Source: Octopus sinensis (taxonomy: Eukaryota). From it: 64,000 nt of DNA. The stretch spans positions 29,202,001 to 29,266,000 of the forward strand of contig NC_043001.1 in the NCBI RefSeq assembly GCF_006345805.1, written 5' to 3'. The notes under the pieces were generated by a model. It ran no database searches. It was not told the DNA's origin and saw only the letters and a list, made by a program, of their open reading frames with translations. Made by a program: the position numbers and the translations under genes. Each line of letters starts with the position of its first letter. Within the stretch, counting starts at the first letter, position 1. This document shows, piece by piece, positions 11,400-23,761 of the stretch.

Positions 11400-11900
11400 G
11401 GAATCTCATTCATGCATGACAACACTCCCTCCTGCTCTGCTAGGACCACCCAAACATCACAAGTGTCTTGCAGCATACAAGATGAAAGGTTGATGGTATG
11501 GCTGGTCAAGGCGGTGAGCTGGCAGAAACGTCAGCACGTCGGGCGAAATGCTTAGCGGTATTTCGTCTGCGTTACGTTGTGAGTTCAAATTCCGCCGAGG
11601 TCGACTTTGCCTTTCATCCTTTCGGGGTCGATAAATTAAGTACCAGTTACGAACTGGGGTCGATGTAATCGACTTAATACCTATGTCTGTCCTTGTTTGT
11701 TCCCTCTGTGTTTAGCCCCTTGTGGGTAATAAAGAAATAGGTATGGCTGGTCAGTATCTCTGGATCTCAAACCTATTGAAGATCTTTGCTCCATCATTAA
11801 ACAAGATGTTAATGCCAATGAATGCCAATTAACATCAAAAGATGTCTTATGGGTGATCATCAAAGCTGCAGCAGAGGCAGTCCAACCTGTCAGATTCTAT
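11400..11900 (+). mobile_element. Decayed Tc1 (DD34E) transposase fragment split by a SINE
   Basis: FMHDNTPS... and LMVWLV|...SLDLKPIEDLCSIIK resemble QDNAP and WPxxSPDLNPIENLW. Confidence 0.55.
11509..11739 (+). mobile_element. tRNA-derived SINE with a Meta/MESC-like central domain, with TSD
   Basis: Head ggcggtgagctggcagaa...gagttcaaattcc and core gcctttcatcctttcggggtcgataaattaagtaccag. TSD ggtatggctggtca at 11495-11508 and 11740-11753. Other copies lie at about 6617, 7239, 8170, 15559, 17350, 18870(-), 26760(-), 32161, 34130(-), 40853, 53360(-), 59519, 59916 and 61130. Confidence 0.85.
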
Positions 11901-11990
11901 GAGTAATAGGATTTTTGAAGTTATCCATTGAAATGGTGCTCATGTGGCTAAATAATTCATTATGTCAATTAATATTATAATATCATTATG

Positions 11991-12231
11991 CTTCGTTTTG
12001 GGATTTGGTTTGCAAGATTCTTTATATGAGTTCGTGTGTTGAAGCATATTCTGTTGTGTCAGGGGAGAGTCATTCTTTTTTAGTGCCTTATTATTTAACA
12101 CAGTCTATTGAAAAGGTTGCAAGATGCAACAAAAATTTTAGAAAAAAAAAAAGAAATAAGTGGAAATTTTACCGGTGAGTGTGTTAAATAATAAGGCACT
12201 AAAAGAGAATGATTCTCCCCAGAAACAACAG
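11991..12231. mobile_element. Fold-back non-coding element with a variant hammerhead fold and a 12-bp TSD
   Basis: TSD aatatcattatg at 11979-11990 and 12232-12243. Inverted arms 12046-12102 and 12180-12236. Hammerhead-like fold at 12104-12142. Confidence 0.7.
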
Positions 12232-13057
12232 AATATCATTATGGTTTTCTGTTAAATATATGTTCAATGTATGCTTGATATGTATCATTTCTCTTCATTT
12301 TCTGAAAAAAAATGTCTAGAAGGGCTATTTTCATTCAAAAGCTATTAGTGTGGTTCACTCCAAATCTGAAGAATTTGAATTAAAAAAGAAAGGACGTTAC
12401 ACAGAATAATGAAAGCATAACAATGAGTTTGCCATAGTGTGCAAACCAGCTGGGGAAAATTTTATCAAAATCTATTCACAGAAAACTGAGAAATCCTAAA
12501 TTTCACCCTTAAGCTAATAGCATGGTTCTGTGTGTGTGTGTATACACACAAAGTAAGGGGGTTTAGTTCACAGGTAATCTAAATGATTAGGTATGCTAGG
12601 TAAGTGTTGTAATGGATTACTAAGGCTCCAAGGTTATAGCCAAGATGGTAGCTATGGAGCCATTGCAGATTTCCAATGCAGTGGATCGGGCTAACAATCA
12701 TGAGGTAATGAGTTCGATTCCTGGACTAGGCAGTGGGTTGTGTTCTTGAGCAAGACACTTTATTTCATGTTGCTCCAGTTCACTCAGCAGTAGAAATGAA
12801 TCACAACATCACTGGTGCCAAGTTGTATCGGCCTTTGTCGTTCCTTTGGATAACATCAGTGGCATGGAGAGGGGAGGCTGGTATGCATGGGCGACTGCTA
12901 GTCTTCCGTAAACAAGCTTGCCTGGACTTGTGCCTCGGAAAGGAACTTTCTAGGTGCAATCCCATGGTCATTCATGACTAAAGGAGGTCTTTACCCTTTA
13001 TACATGCCAGCATGGAAAACAGATACTAAAGGCTGATGATGATGATGATGATAGAGA

Positions 13058-13126
<69 letters not shown>

Positions 13127-13214
13127 TACATACATACATATATATATCATATATATGTGTGTGTGTCTATATCTTATTATATGTACATAAATTTTTACGA
13201 ATGACTTTTTATAA

Positions 13215-14005
13215 GTTCACATGTATTAATGGCACTTTGCAGATGATACTGTCAGACTGGCCAGCTTAGAACAAGAATTGAAACAACTAGTAGAGTGCCT
13301 AGACAAAGACCTCCAATGAATCTGGCATGGAGATAAGTGCAGAGAAACAAAAGTTATGACAAACTGCCCAAAGAGAATCAGTGGAGTTGAGCTTGGACAA
13401 GTTCAAATCTTCAAATATCTTGGGGTGATAGTGAGTGACCAAGGTTCCTAGTCTGAAGTGATGTCCCATATTGCCAAAACAAGAGCAGCAATGACCAAAT
13501 TCAGAACACTGGGGGAAGATAGAAATATCTCACTGAGCTCCAAAATTAGACTAATAAGATCACTAGTGATCTCAGTATTCCTGTACACGTGTAAGACATG
13601 GACACTGATCGCAGAAATCGAAAGAAGAATCCAGGCTGCAGAGATGAAATGTTTCAGGGGACTTTTGAGAATATCATACAGAAGTTGTGTCATGAATGAG
13701 GAAGTGAAAAGAAGAATAAGGCAGGCAATAGGGCCCTAAGAGGAACTTTTTACCACAGTAAAGAAATGCAAGCTCAGGTGGTTTGGGTGTGTCCTGCGTT
13801 TATCGGGGATGACCAAAATAATCCTTCAGAAAGAGTCAAAGATGGCAGATGTAGAAGCAGACAGAGAAAGAGTTGGGAAAACAACATCTGTGAGATGCGG
13901 TCCGAGAAGCAGAAGACAGAAACTAGTGTAGGGATCTGGTCACAAAGTCATCAGTGGTGACCCAGCAGTCAGTCGCACAACAGGAAATGTAATGTAATGT
14001 AATGT
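13215..14005 (+). mobile_element. RTE-clade LINE 3' remnant
   Basis: FADD motif near 13237, then FKYLG and ISLSSKIRLIRSLVISVFLYTCKTWTL...AAEMKCFRGLLRISY. Frameshifted, with an (AATGT)n tail. Confidence 0.85.
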
Positions 14006-14232
14006 ATTAATTATAATTGTTTTTGATGTCCCATTCTCATTTCTGAGTATACTTACCTTATATTCTATAATATTTTTCTATTGTGTTTCAATTTTGAATT
14101 TTTAAAATGGTTGTTTACATGGTGGTAGCAGGGCTGCCCTTTTCAGCAAAAATAAACATCATTCTTTCATATTCAAAATATTCATCTTTTTAAACATCAA
14201 CTTCTTTTTATTTTTATTCATTTTTTTTTTAG

Positions 14233-14340
14233 GATATTCATGGGAGCTGGAATCACATGGGTGTTAATGATAGTTGGCCTGCAAATACTCTATTTTTGGA
14301 TTTACCGTTCACATATATTCATAACCACTGAAAGTTTAAG
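14233..14340 (+). CDS. GRL-like 7TM protein exon (TM3)
   Basis: (t)n ag|G ATA...TTA AG|gtaagc; IFMGAGITWVLMIVGLQILYFWIYRSHIFITTESL(S); 108 nt, phase 2-2. Confidence 0.9.
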
Positions 14341-14875
14341 GTAAGCAAGCAATGCATTCAGTAGATTATTTATATATTGCCTTATTGTCATCTCTAAGGA
14401 GAATAATCTTGTAATGTTGAAATATTTGACATACCTGCCATGATGTTATGAGAGCCAGTTGCTATTCTTCCCATTGTTGCTTAGCCTTGGGTGATTACCT
14501 GTCATATTGATATATGATCAACACCATTAAAGCTCTGGCCATCCCATCATTGTTCAAGATTATATTACTCAACATGAGTCATAAAGGTGTTGTTTATAAA
14601 AATATATGACTGGAATTTCCAATAGGTCCTTAATTCAAAAGGTTTATGCATAGGAAGTAAAATCATTCATATGTTATTGCTTGGTTGTGACCTATTTATT
14701 CTAATCCTGTTTCGGTGGCTATTATTTAACATTTGAATGTAGTCATTCCCATGTATAACTCTGGCTTCACAAATATTTTAACCATGTGACACTAACATAT
14801 GTGACACTAACATAAAAATAACTACAAATATCTTGGATAAAGTGTAAGAATCAGGCATATAGATTTGCTGTGAAA

Positions 14876-15306
14876 ATCAAAAATCAAAATCAAAATCAAA
14901 ATCAATGGAAATTGTAGCTGTGATACCAGTGCCGGTGGCACATAAGAGAACCATCCGAACGTGGCTGTTGCCAGCGCTGCCCTGACTGGCCTCCGTGCTG
15001 GTGGCACGTAAAAAAAAGCACCATCTGATTGTGGCCGTTGCCAGCCTCGTCTGGCCTCCGTGCCGGTGGTACGTAAAAAGCACCATCCGATTGTGGCCGT
15101 TTGCCAGCCTCATCTGGCACCTGTGCAGGTGGCATGTAAAAAGCACCCACTACACTCACGGAGTGGTTGGCATTAGGAAGGGCATCCAGCTGTAGAAACA
15201 CTGCCAGATCAGACTGGGCCTGGCGCAGCCTTCTGGCTTCCCAGACCCCAGTTGAACCGTTCAACCCATGCTAGCATGGAAAACAGACATTAATCGATGA
15301 TGATGA
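14876..15306 (+). mobile_element. RTE 3'-UTR-related short element with a (GAT)n tail and internal subrepeats
   Basis: Tail gagtggttggcattaggaagggcatccagctgtagaaac...catgctagcatggaaaac...(gat)n matches the 3' UTR of the RTE LINE at 28119-28946. Other copies lie at about 1742, 18260, 19140(-), 23818(-), 27695(-), 34350, 36600, 39182, 45748(-), 46900, 52200(-), 55850, 57104(-), 58206 and 60880. Confidence 0.8.
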
Positions 15307-16194
15307 TTATGCATGAACTAAAGGTAGCTGAAATGAATCTCATACTAAATACTAGTCTACTAGTCTTGTAGCCCCTCCTCAGTCACTCCCAGCACACACC
15401 TGTCTCTCCTCCTTTCCTTATCCTTGTTGTGTCCCATCCAACTTTCCCTCCCCCAGTCACCACACTAATTCCTATGTCTAGTCCTTTCTCCCCAGAATAT
15501 TGCCTGTCTGGAGCCCCCTCCCTGCTAATGTCTTCCCAGTAGATATTAACTAGCAAAAAGGCAGCAAGCTGGTAGAAACGTTAGCACACCAGGCAAAATA
15601 CTTTGCGGTATTTCGTCTGCCGCTACGTTCTGAATTCAAATTCCACTGAGGTCGACTTTGCCTTTCATCCTTTCGGGGTCGATTAAATAAGTACCAGTTA
15701 TGCACTGGGGTCGATATAATCGACTTAATCCGTTTGTCTGTCCTTGTTTGTCCTCTCTGTGTTTAGCCCCTTGTGGGTAGTAAAGAAATAGGTATTAACT
15801 AGCAACAGTTTAAATGGAATTTTAATGGCATTGATCTCACTTGTCTTGGAGGGTGTATGACTAAATAATAAATAAATAACCATTTGGCAACGTTTCCATA
15901 TATTTTTGACTTCAAATGTGGTTACCACTGTTTCTGCCTTTCATTCATTCAGAATAAGCTAATCATTTGTTGCCCAAAGAAGTAACAGTTCCCTTTACAC
16001 TGTCACCACTTCCTTACGCTAGCAATAACATTTGTACTAAAGTTACCTACAGAAGTAATTAAACTGATCACCAAGGTAAGACAAATTATCAGAAAGGCAC
16101 AGGTGTGGTTATAGATACAGGTGTGGCTGTGTGGTTAAGAAGCTAGCTTCCTAACCACGTGGTCTTGGGTATTCCCACTGAGCAGCAACTTCCG

Positions 16195-16595
16195 AAAATG
16201 AATTCCTCTGTTATTGCCTGGAGGACTATGATGAATAAGAGGGGACTGAGGGCTGATCCTTGGTGGACTCCTACTTCTACCCAGAATTCTTCACTATACT
16301 CATTGCCAACCCTAACCTTACTAACGGCATCTCTGTATAGGGCCTGTACAGCCCTTATTAACCATTTGTCAATCCCCAGTTTCCACATCACCCACCAGAT
16401 AAGGAATCAGGGGACACTGTCAAAGGCTTTCTCCAAGTTCACAAAAGCCAAGTATAGAGATTTACTTTTGGCTAGGTATTTCTTCTGCAGTTGCCATACC
16501 TGGAAATAGCATCAGTGGTGCTTCTACCCAGCACAAAACCAAATTGCATCTCATCTAAGCAGACTTTCACTCTAATTAGTTGGGCTATGATCCTA
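16195..16595 (-). mobile_element. RTE-clade LINE reverse transcriptase fragment
   Basis: WKLGIDKWLIRAVQALY...VRVGNEYSEEFWVEVGVHQGSALSPLLFIIVL, with upstream QFGFVLGRSTTDAI and LAFVNLEKAFD. Confidence 0.88.
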
Positions 16596-18564
16596 TGACA
16601 GGCTTCTTTCAGTTTCCATCTACCAAATCCACTAAAAGCCAAGCATAGAGGTTTACTTTTGGCTAGGTATTTCTTCTGCAGTTGCCATACCTGGAAATAG
16701 CATCAGTGATGCTTCTACCCGGCACAAAACCAAATTGCATCTCATCTAAGCAGACTTTCTCTCTAATTAGTTGGGCTATGATCCTATGACAGGCTTCTTT
16801 CAGTTTCCATCTACCAAATCCACTCACAAGGCTTTTGTCAGCCCGGGGCTATCATAGAAAACACTTGCTGAAGATGCCACGCAGTGGGACTGAACCCAGA
16901 AACATGTGGTTGGTAAGCAAACTACTTACCACACAGCCACTCCTGTGCCTATGTGTGAATGAATACATGTTTTTGTGTGTTTGTGTTGGGCAAAACTGGC
17001 CAAACTTCATGCTAAATTCCTCATTTAACTTGTCAAGGTACAGGCATGTCTGTGTAGTTAAGAAGCTTACTTTGCAGCCAAGTGGTTTCAAGTTCAGTCA
17101 CCCCATGTGGCCTCTGGGGCAGGTGTCTCCTACTCTGTAGCCATGGGCCAACCAATATGTTATGAGTGAATTTGGGAAATGAAAACTGTGTGGATGTTCA
17201 TTGTGTATATATAGATGTGTGTGTGTGTGTGTGTGCATGTCTTTGTGTGTATGAGTGTGCATGTGTATGTGTGTGCATGTGTTGGTATGTCTTTGTAAGT
17301 GTGTGTCTTTGTGTATGTGTTTGTGTGTGTCGCTTTGTAAATATGTGTCCTCGCCACCAAGGTCGACTTTTCCTTCCATCCTTTCTGGGTCGATTAAATA
17401 AGTACCAGTTACGCACCGGGGTCGATATAATCGACTTAGTCCCTTTGTCTGTCCTTGTTTGTCCCCTCTATGTTTAACCCCTTGTGGGCAATAAAGAATT
17501 AAATATGTGTCTTTGTGTATGTGTGTGTGTGTGCATGTCTTTGTATGTGTGTCTTTGTAAGTGTGTGTCTTTGTGTGTGTGTGTATATTTATATTTATGT
17601 TTGTCTCCTACAACTGTTTGACAAAGGTTGCTGGTTTCTTTGTATCCCTATAACCTGGAACTTTGACAAGAGTTGAATGGAATAGGTACAAGACTTAGAA
17701 ATAAGTACTAGTTTCAATTTGTTCAGCTAAACCTTTCAAGGCCCCAGTATGGCCACAATTCTAATAACTGTAACCAGTGAAAGGTATCTCTAACCTTGTT
17801 AAGAATATTCTTACGCATAGCTTTAATGACTCTCAAACCATGCATTCATATACTTTGTTTACCAAATACTCTTCAGACTGCTGAATTTGGCATCCTGTCA
17901 AAATGCTATTCGCTAGATCACCGACGTTTCAGACTAAAACGGTTTATTCTTATCTAAGAACTTTTGTTGTGCTACAAATTATATGAAACATTACTATAAA
18001 TATGCATAACAAATATATTATACAAAGCATTACTACAAATATTTTCCCATCTTCTGACCCAAAATGAAATTGCACTTTAACATAGCAAAATCCTGCCATG
18101 CTAATTCTTCTATTTCCCCACAGGCTAATAATATCAGAACTACACACTAATGAATTAAATTTGTAAATTTATTAATAATTCAACTGCTAACGCTTGTGAG
18201 TTGATCAACTTAGATGAAGTAAGGTGATTGAAGGTGGAAGAAAACTATTGAGAATTAAGTGCCATAGCACTTGTGCTGGTGGCGCATGAAAAAAAAAACA
18301 TCCGAGCGAGGTCGTTGCCAGTGCCGCTGGACTGGCTCCTGTGCAGGTGGCACATAAAAAACAACATTTGAGTGTGGCCGTTGCCAGTACCACCTAACTG
18401 GCCCTCATGCCGGTGGCACGTAAAAGCACCCACTACACTCTCGGAGTGGTTGGCATTAGGAAGGGCATCCAGCTGTAGAAACTCTGCCAGATCAGATTGG
18501 TATCTGGTTCGCCAGACCTCAGTCAAATCGTCCTACCCATGTTACCATGGAAAGTGGACATTAA

Positions 18565-18603
<39 letters not shown>

Positions 18604-19621
18604 GCCACAAGGATATTTCAGTATACTGGCAATGGTATGTGAACCCTGAACCAACTGGTTGATAGATAAATGCCTCTATGTAAATACATGGCAGTAGTTT
18701 TGATTAAATAAATCATTATCAATGAATAAATAAATAAATTAATGATAGCTACAAGAAACAAATGTTCTGAAACACCAACTAGTTTGATCTATAATAAACT
18801 GCAGCAAAATATTCAAATTACACCTATTGTCTTAAAAAAGAAGAACGTTTATATCATAGAGCCAGTTATACCTATTTCTTTACTACCCACAAGGAGCTAA
18901 ACATAGAGGGGACAAACAAGGACAGACAAACGGATTAAGTTGATTATATCGACCCCAGTGCATAACTGGTACTTATTTAATCGACCCCAAAAGGATGAAA
19001 AGCAAAGTCGACCTCGGCGGAATTTGAACTCAGAATGTAATGGCAGACGAAATATCGCTAAACATTTTGCCCGGCATGCAAGTGATTCTGCCAGCCTGCT
19101 GCCTTAAGAGCCATTTATACCACCAACAACAACATCATTGTTTTCATCCTCATTATCATCATCATTTAACATTTGTTTGCCATGTTGCTGTAGGTTGGGC
19201 AATTTGATATGAGCAGACTAGTTAGGGAGCTGCCCAAGTTCCAAATGTGTGTTTCAGCTTAGTTTCTATGGCTGGATGCCCTTTCCTAATGCCAAATACT
19301 TCAGAGAGTGTACTAGGTGCCTTCTACGTGGTTCTGGCACAAGTACTTTTAGGCAGCACTGGCATGTGCACTTTTACATGGCACCAGCATGAGTGCTTTT
19401 TACGTGACATCAGCGAGCATGAGCCCTCAAGAGTAGGACCCCTCAGTTAAGAGAGGGATGCAGAGAACATACTTGTAAGCAGAGACAGCTACTATACCAG
19501 GAGGGGAAAAATATAGTGAAGGTGGAATTCCAACTTTATCTTCAGGCTGTCTTGAGACTAAACAACATCTGCAATAATAACAAATTCAATTTTTTTTTAC
19601 CTTTATAATTTTCATATTCAG

Positions 19622-19799
19622 TTCAGCTACTATTTGGAGCCTTGTAGTCTTGGAAGTTATTGGCGTTTTTATGATCAACACAGTGAGCTTAGCAGCTGTC
19701 TGCAACTATGTGATACAGTGTGAAGCTATCATACTCTTTGTGAGGGGAATATCTCTTCGATTTCTTGATTCTGGACAGGATCTGGCAAAAGGCATGAAG
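19622..19799 (+). CDS. GRL-like 7TM protein exon (TM4)
   Basis: ttcatattcag|T TCA...AAG|gtagat; SATIWSLVVLEVIGVFMINTVSLAAVCNYVIQCEAIILFVRGISLRFLDSGQDLAKGMK; 178 nt, phase 2-0. Confidence 0.9.
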
Positions 19800-19832
19800 G
19801 TAGATATAACTTATACTATTATTATTATTATT

Positions 19833-22800
19833 AATATATTTTACTTCTTAGAGATCTCGGTGTTACTTGCTCTGGTTGATTCTGTGAGAGTGGACAGCAC
19901 CCTTTTGTCAGAAGTCTCACAGAGTCTATTATTATATGAAAACTCACACCTTATTTTGCTGGGTATGATGGAAAGTCTCAGCTGTTCACAACCAGCTGAC
20001 TAAGGTGACACTTATTTATTGGTCATGCTTGAAGAACCCTGTAAAGAAGTCTTGCACTTCCAAGCAATACTGATTTTTGAAGGTGTTCTACCTTCACACT
20101 TGCACCGATCTTTTTCAGCCATGCTGGTAGTTGAGTGCTGATGCTTCCAAGTGCACCAACTACTATTGGTATCATGTCTACTATCTTCATTGACCACAAC
20201 CTTCTTAATTCTCACTTTTAATCACCATAGTTGTTTATTTTTGCTTCCTGTTTCACATTGATCCTATTGTTACTGGGGCATGCTATGTCGATTTTCATAC
20301 ATGTTCTTTTTTGTTCACCAGATCAATGTCTGGTTAGGTGATTGCACTGGATCGTTACATCCCACAGGATTTTACAATTCTCATTTTCAGTGACTCCTTC
20401 TGGGGTTTGCTCATATCACGTCTTTGTTCTTTGTAGGCTGTGATTTCCACAGAGCTCCCAATGGATCATTTTTGCAACATTGTCATGGCATTGTATGTAT
20501 CTGCATTGTGCCAATTTCGGGCATTCACTAACAATGTACCGTACTGTTTCACCCCTCTCACCACACATTCTGCATTTGTTGCTATTAGTAGTGTTGTCAA
20601 TTCTGCACTTCATATAATTGGTCCTTAATGCTTGTTCTTGAGCTGCACATATGAACTCTTCTGTCTCTATTTTCAGGTCACCTCCTCCTCATCTACAGCC
20701 ACTGGTCCTCAGTATTTGTCATGGTGTTCACATCTCTTGCAATCTAACCATACATTTTTTTTTCCTTCCATACTTTTTCTATTTTTTTTGTTCATTTCTT
20801 GTTTAAATCTTTCCTTAGTTACACAAATGTCAGTTTTGATGATGCCGGCCTTGTTCATGTGTTTCGACAGTGGCTCCACAGCCTTTTTTATGTACCACCC
20901 TAGGCTGTTTCCTATGCTTCAATAAAATCCTACCAACTGATCAAACCTCTCCCACCCTTTTCTTCTGGACAAGTACAGCCCATTGGTGTCACTCTTAAGG
21001 TGGAAGGCCCTGTGTACTGTCAACATTTTTCTGGTCTTGGTATCAATTTTCTTCATTTCTCTCTTTTTTGCCATTTTATAATTCCTGCTCCATACTGAAG
21101 TAATACTATTTCCTATGTATTAACTGCTTGGATTTTTGAGTGCAACACCAACCTCAGTCTTCATAAATATTCCATCTGCAGATGCTTTCATTTCCTTTTC
21201 CATTATCTTATTGCACTCTAGTACACCAAGCTATTTGTACCCTTCTATTTCAATTTGCTTAATCAAGTCTCTATTTGGTAATTCTATCTCTACTATGGAC
21301 TGTACCTTGCCTCTTTTTAGGTAGATTATTCTGCACTTCTTAAGTCCAAATTCCATTCTAATATCAGTACGAAAACAGTGGACTGTGTTCACCAAGGAGC
21401 TCACTTGTGTCTCATCTTTGCCATACAGTTTCAAGTCATCCATGAACTGGAGGTGGTTGATTGTTTGGGATTTTCCCTCTAGTTGGTACCCCAGGTTCGT
21501 TTTCCTAAGTATCAAGCTTTGTCTATAAGGTGTCAGTTCAGCTTTCCATCCCACCATACTTCTTTTTAGGAAACATGTTACATTCTTCACAATTCCAAAC
21601 AGATCTAAGCTCTCGATGATCCACGAATGTAGAATCATATCAAAAACTTTGTGATAGTCAATCCAGGCCATTTCCAGATTTGTTCTCCTTTGTTTATAAT
21701 CTTGCATTACCATTTTGTCTATTAAGAGTTGATCTTTGGTATGTCTGCATCACCTTCTACCGCCTTTTTGTAATATATCATTCTCATCTAGAAATTTATA
21801 CAGTTCTACAATTCCTCTTGACAGTAACTTCCACATTAATGGGAGGCAGAAAATTGGCCTGTAATTGTCAGCAGCATTTCCCTTTGATGCATCCTTCAGG
21901 CACTCTATCGTTCATCCTTTTGTCAACCAGCCTGGGATTTCTTCTCCATCGATCAATGCATTAAATTACTCTGTGATCAGTTTATGGCAACTTCTCAAAA
22001 GCTCTGTACACCATCAAGTCCTGCTGCTTTCCATTTGCTTATTTTTCACTCATATTTCTGATGCTGTCTTCTGTGAAGTGGAAAGCCTCTTGCTGGGGGC
22101 AAGAAGCTGTTTGCTTCTGGCTGCACAGCATTCAGTTGTAGTATTATGTTGTTCTTGCTTACTCCATGTCTTACCCCAGAAAAGTTGACTTTCATCAGCA
22201 TTAGGGACACATCTTTCATGTTTTTTATTGTCATTAATCTCTTGGCAAGATCTTTTTTGATCAGTTCTAAACGATTTGTTTTGATGGTATTGTTTAATCT
22301 ATTGTTCAAACCTAGTTAGCTTTGGGTTTTTTTTTTTACACATATGTGCTGCTTCAGTTCTTCAATTACAACATTCAACCCTTTTGTATCTATGCCATAC
22401 TTCTTCCTAACATTTTCGAATTTCCATTTATTCTTCAGTTCTCCATTTCTTTTCCTGACAAGTATTGACACTACACTGTTCAAGGAGCTTATATCTTCAG
22501 AAATTTTCCTTTTCCACTACAGTTGTTTATTATCTCTTTTATCCGTCACTGTTCTATGGTCAGTATTTCTCAATCCCATTCTTTCCACCACCATCCTACT
22601 TGCAGCCTTGATAAGATTATTTGTTTGTGTAATGTTCTTTGTTTCAATATGTCTCAATACAAGACTGACTTTATTCATCTCTTGATTTAGCCTCCATTGG
22701 TTAGCCTTCTTAGAGTCGCACATAAATTCTGTCCTTTCTGTATTTAATAGATCCAAAATTCTGTCTATTATTATTAGATCTTCATTGTTTGGGTAGTCAC

Positions 22801-22875
22801 TAATTTCAATTCTTTCATGATTCATGGTATATTCTTGCAAGCAATTGTTCATCTCTTCCACTCTACCACTTTCAT
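19833..22875 (-). mobile_element. R4/Dong-clade non-LTR retrotransposon, decayed
   Basis: RT motifs NLEMAWIDYHKVFD and INHLQFMDDLKLY, zinc knuckle CRMCGERGETVRYIVSEC...HDNVAKMIHWELC, and a downstream PD...IDIA endonuclease-like segment. The 3' end abuts (TAA)n at 19817-19832. Confidence 0.87.
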
Positions 22876-23318
22876 GTGTATATGTATGTCCCCCCAACAT
22901 CGCTTGACAACCGATGCTGGTTTGTTTACGTCCCCGTAACTTAGCGGTTCAGCAAAAGAAACTGATAGAATAAGTACTGGGCTTACAAAGAATAAGTCCT
23001 GGGGTCGATTTGCTTGACTAAAGGCAGTGCTCCAGCATGGCCGCAGTCAAATGACTGAAACAAGTAAAAGAGTAAAAGAGAGTATACATATGCATGTATG
23101 CATGTATGAATGCATGTATGCATGAGTGTGTATATATAACACACATACATGCATATATATATATAAATAGATAGATGGATAGAGAGGTAGATAGATAAAT
23201 AGACAGATAGACCAGCAGAGACAAAGACAGAGAGAAAAAGACCAATAGACATATACACATGTATATTGTTTCATGATGCAATTCTTTGATCTTTTCTTTT
23301 TCCTTCTAATAATTCCAG

Positions 23319-23418
23319 CAATTGGTAGAAATTAAATGTCATTTGAAGATGTTGAACAGCAGTACTGGCAAGATGACTTCTTTGGTAACCTTTATATTTG
23401 CAGCTTTTACAGTGATTG
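23319..23418 (+). CDS. GRL-like 7TM protein exon (loop and TM5)
   Basis: ttccag|CAA...ATT G|gtaagt; QLVEIKCHLKMLNSSTGKMTSLVTFIFAAFTVI(G); 100 nt, phase 0-1. Confidence 0.9.
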
Positions 23419-23654
23419 GTAAGTTTCCCTACACTTTTCTTTTTGGCTTACTTAGATATTTCTTCACTGTTTGGACTTTACGCCACTTAAATCTCTTTTT
23501 GTATTCAGTTTACAGAGTTTATTGAGTTTTGGCTTAATATAACTAAAAACTTCAAATGTATATAGTATTTTTTGTTTTTCTTTTGTATTGGTATTTTCTT
23601 TTCTTCTCAATAATCTCTGTTAATCTCTGTTATGGTTTTATCTCATAAACATAG

Positions 23655-23761
23655 GTTTGAATACATTATGTATGAATACTGCAGACCAAGCAGATATTTG
23701 GGTCTACCGGAGTCTTTTTCCTCTTGTCTGGGGAGTCATGCTCTTTGCTCCATTAATACAG
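23655..23761 (+). CDS. GRL-like 7TM protein exon (TM6)
   Basis: catag|GT TTG...CAG|gtaaga; LNTLCMNTADQADIWVYRSLFPLVWGVMLFAPLIQ; 107 nt, phase 1-0. Confidence 0.9.
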
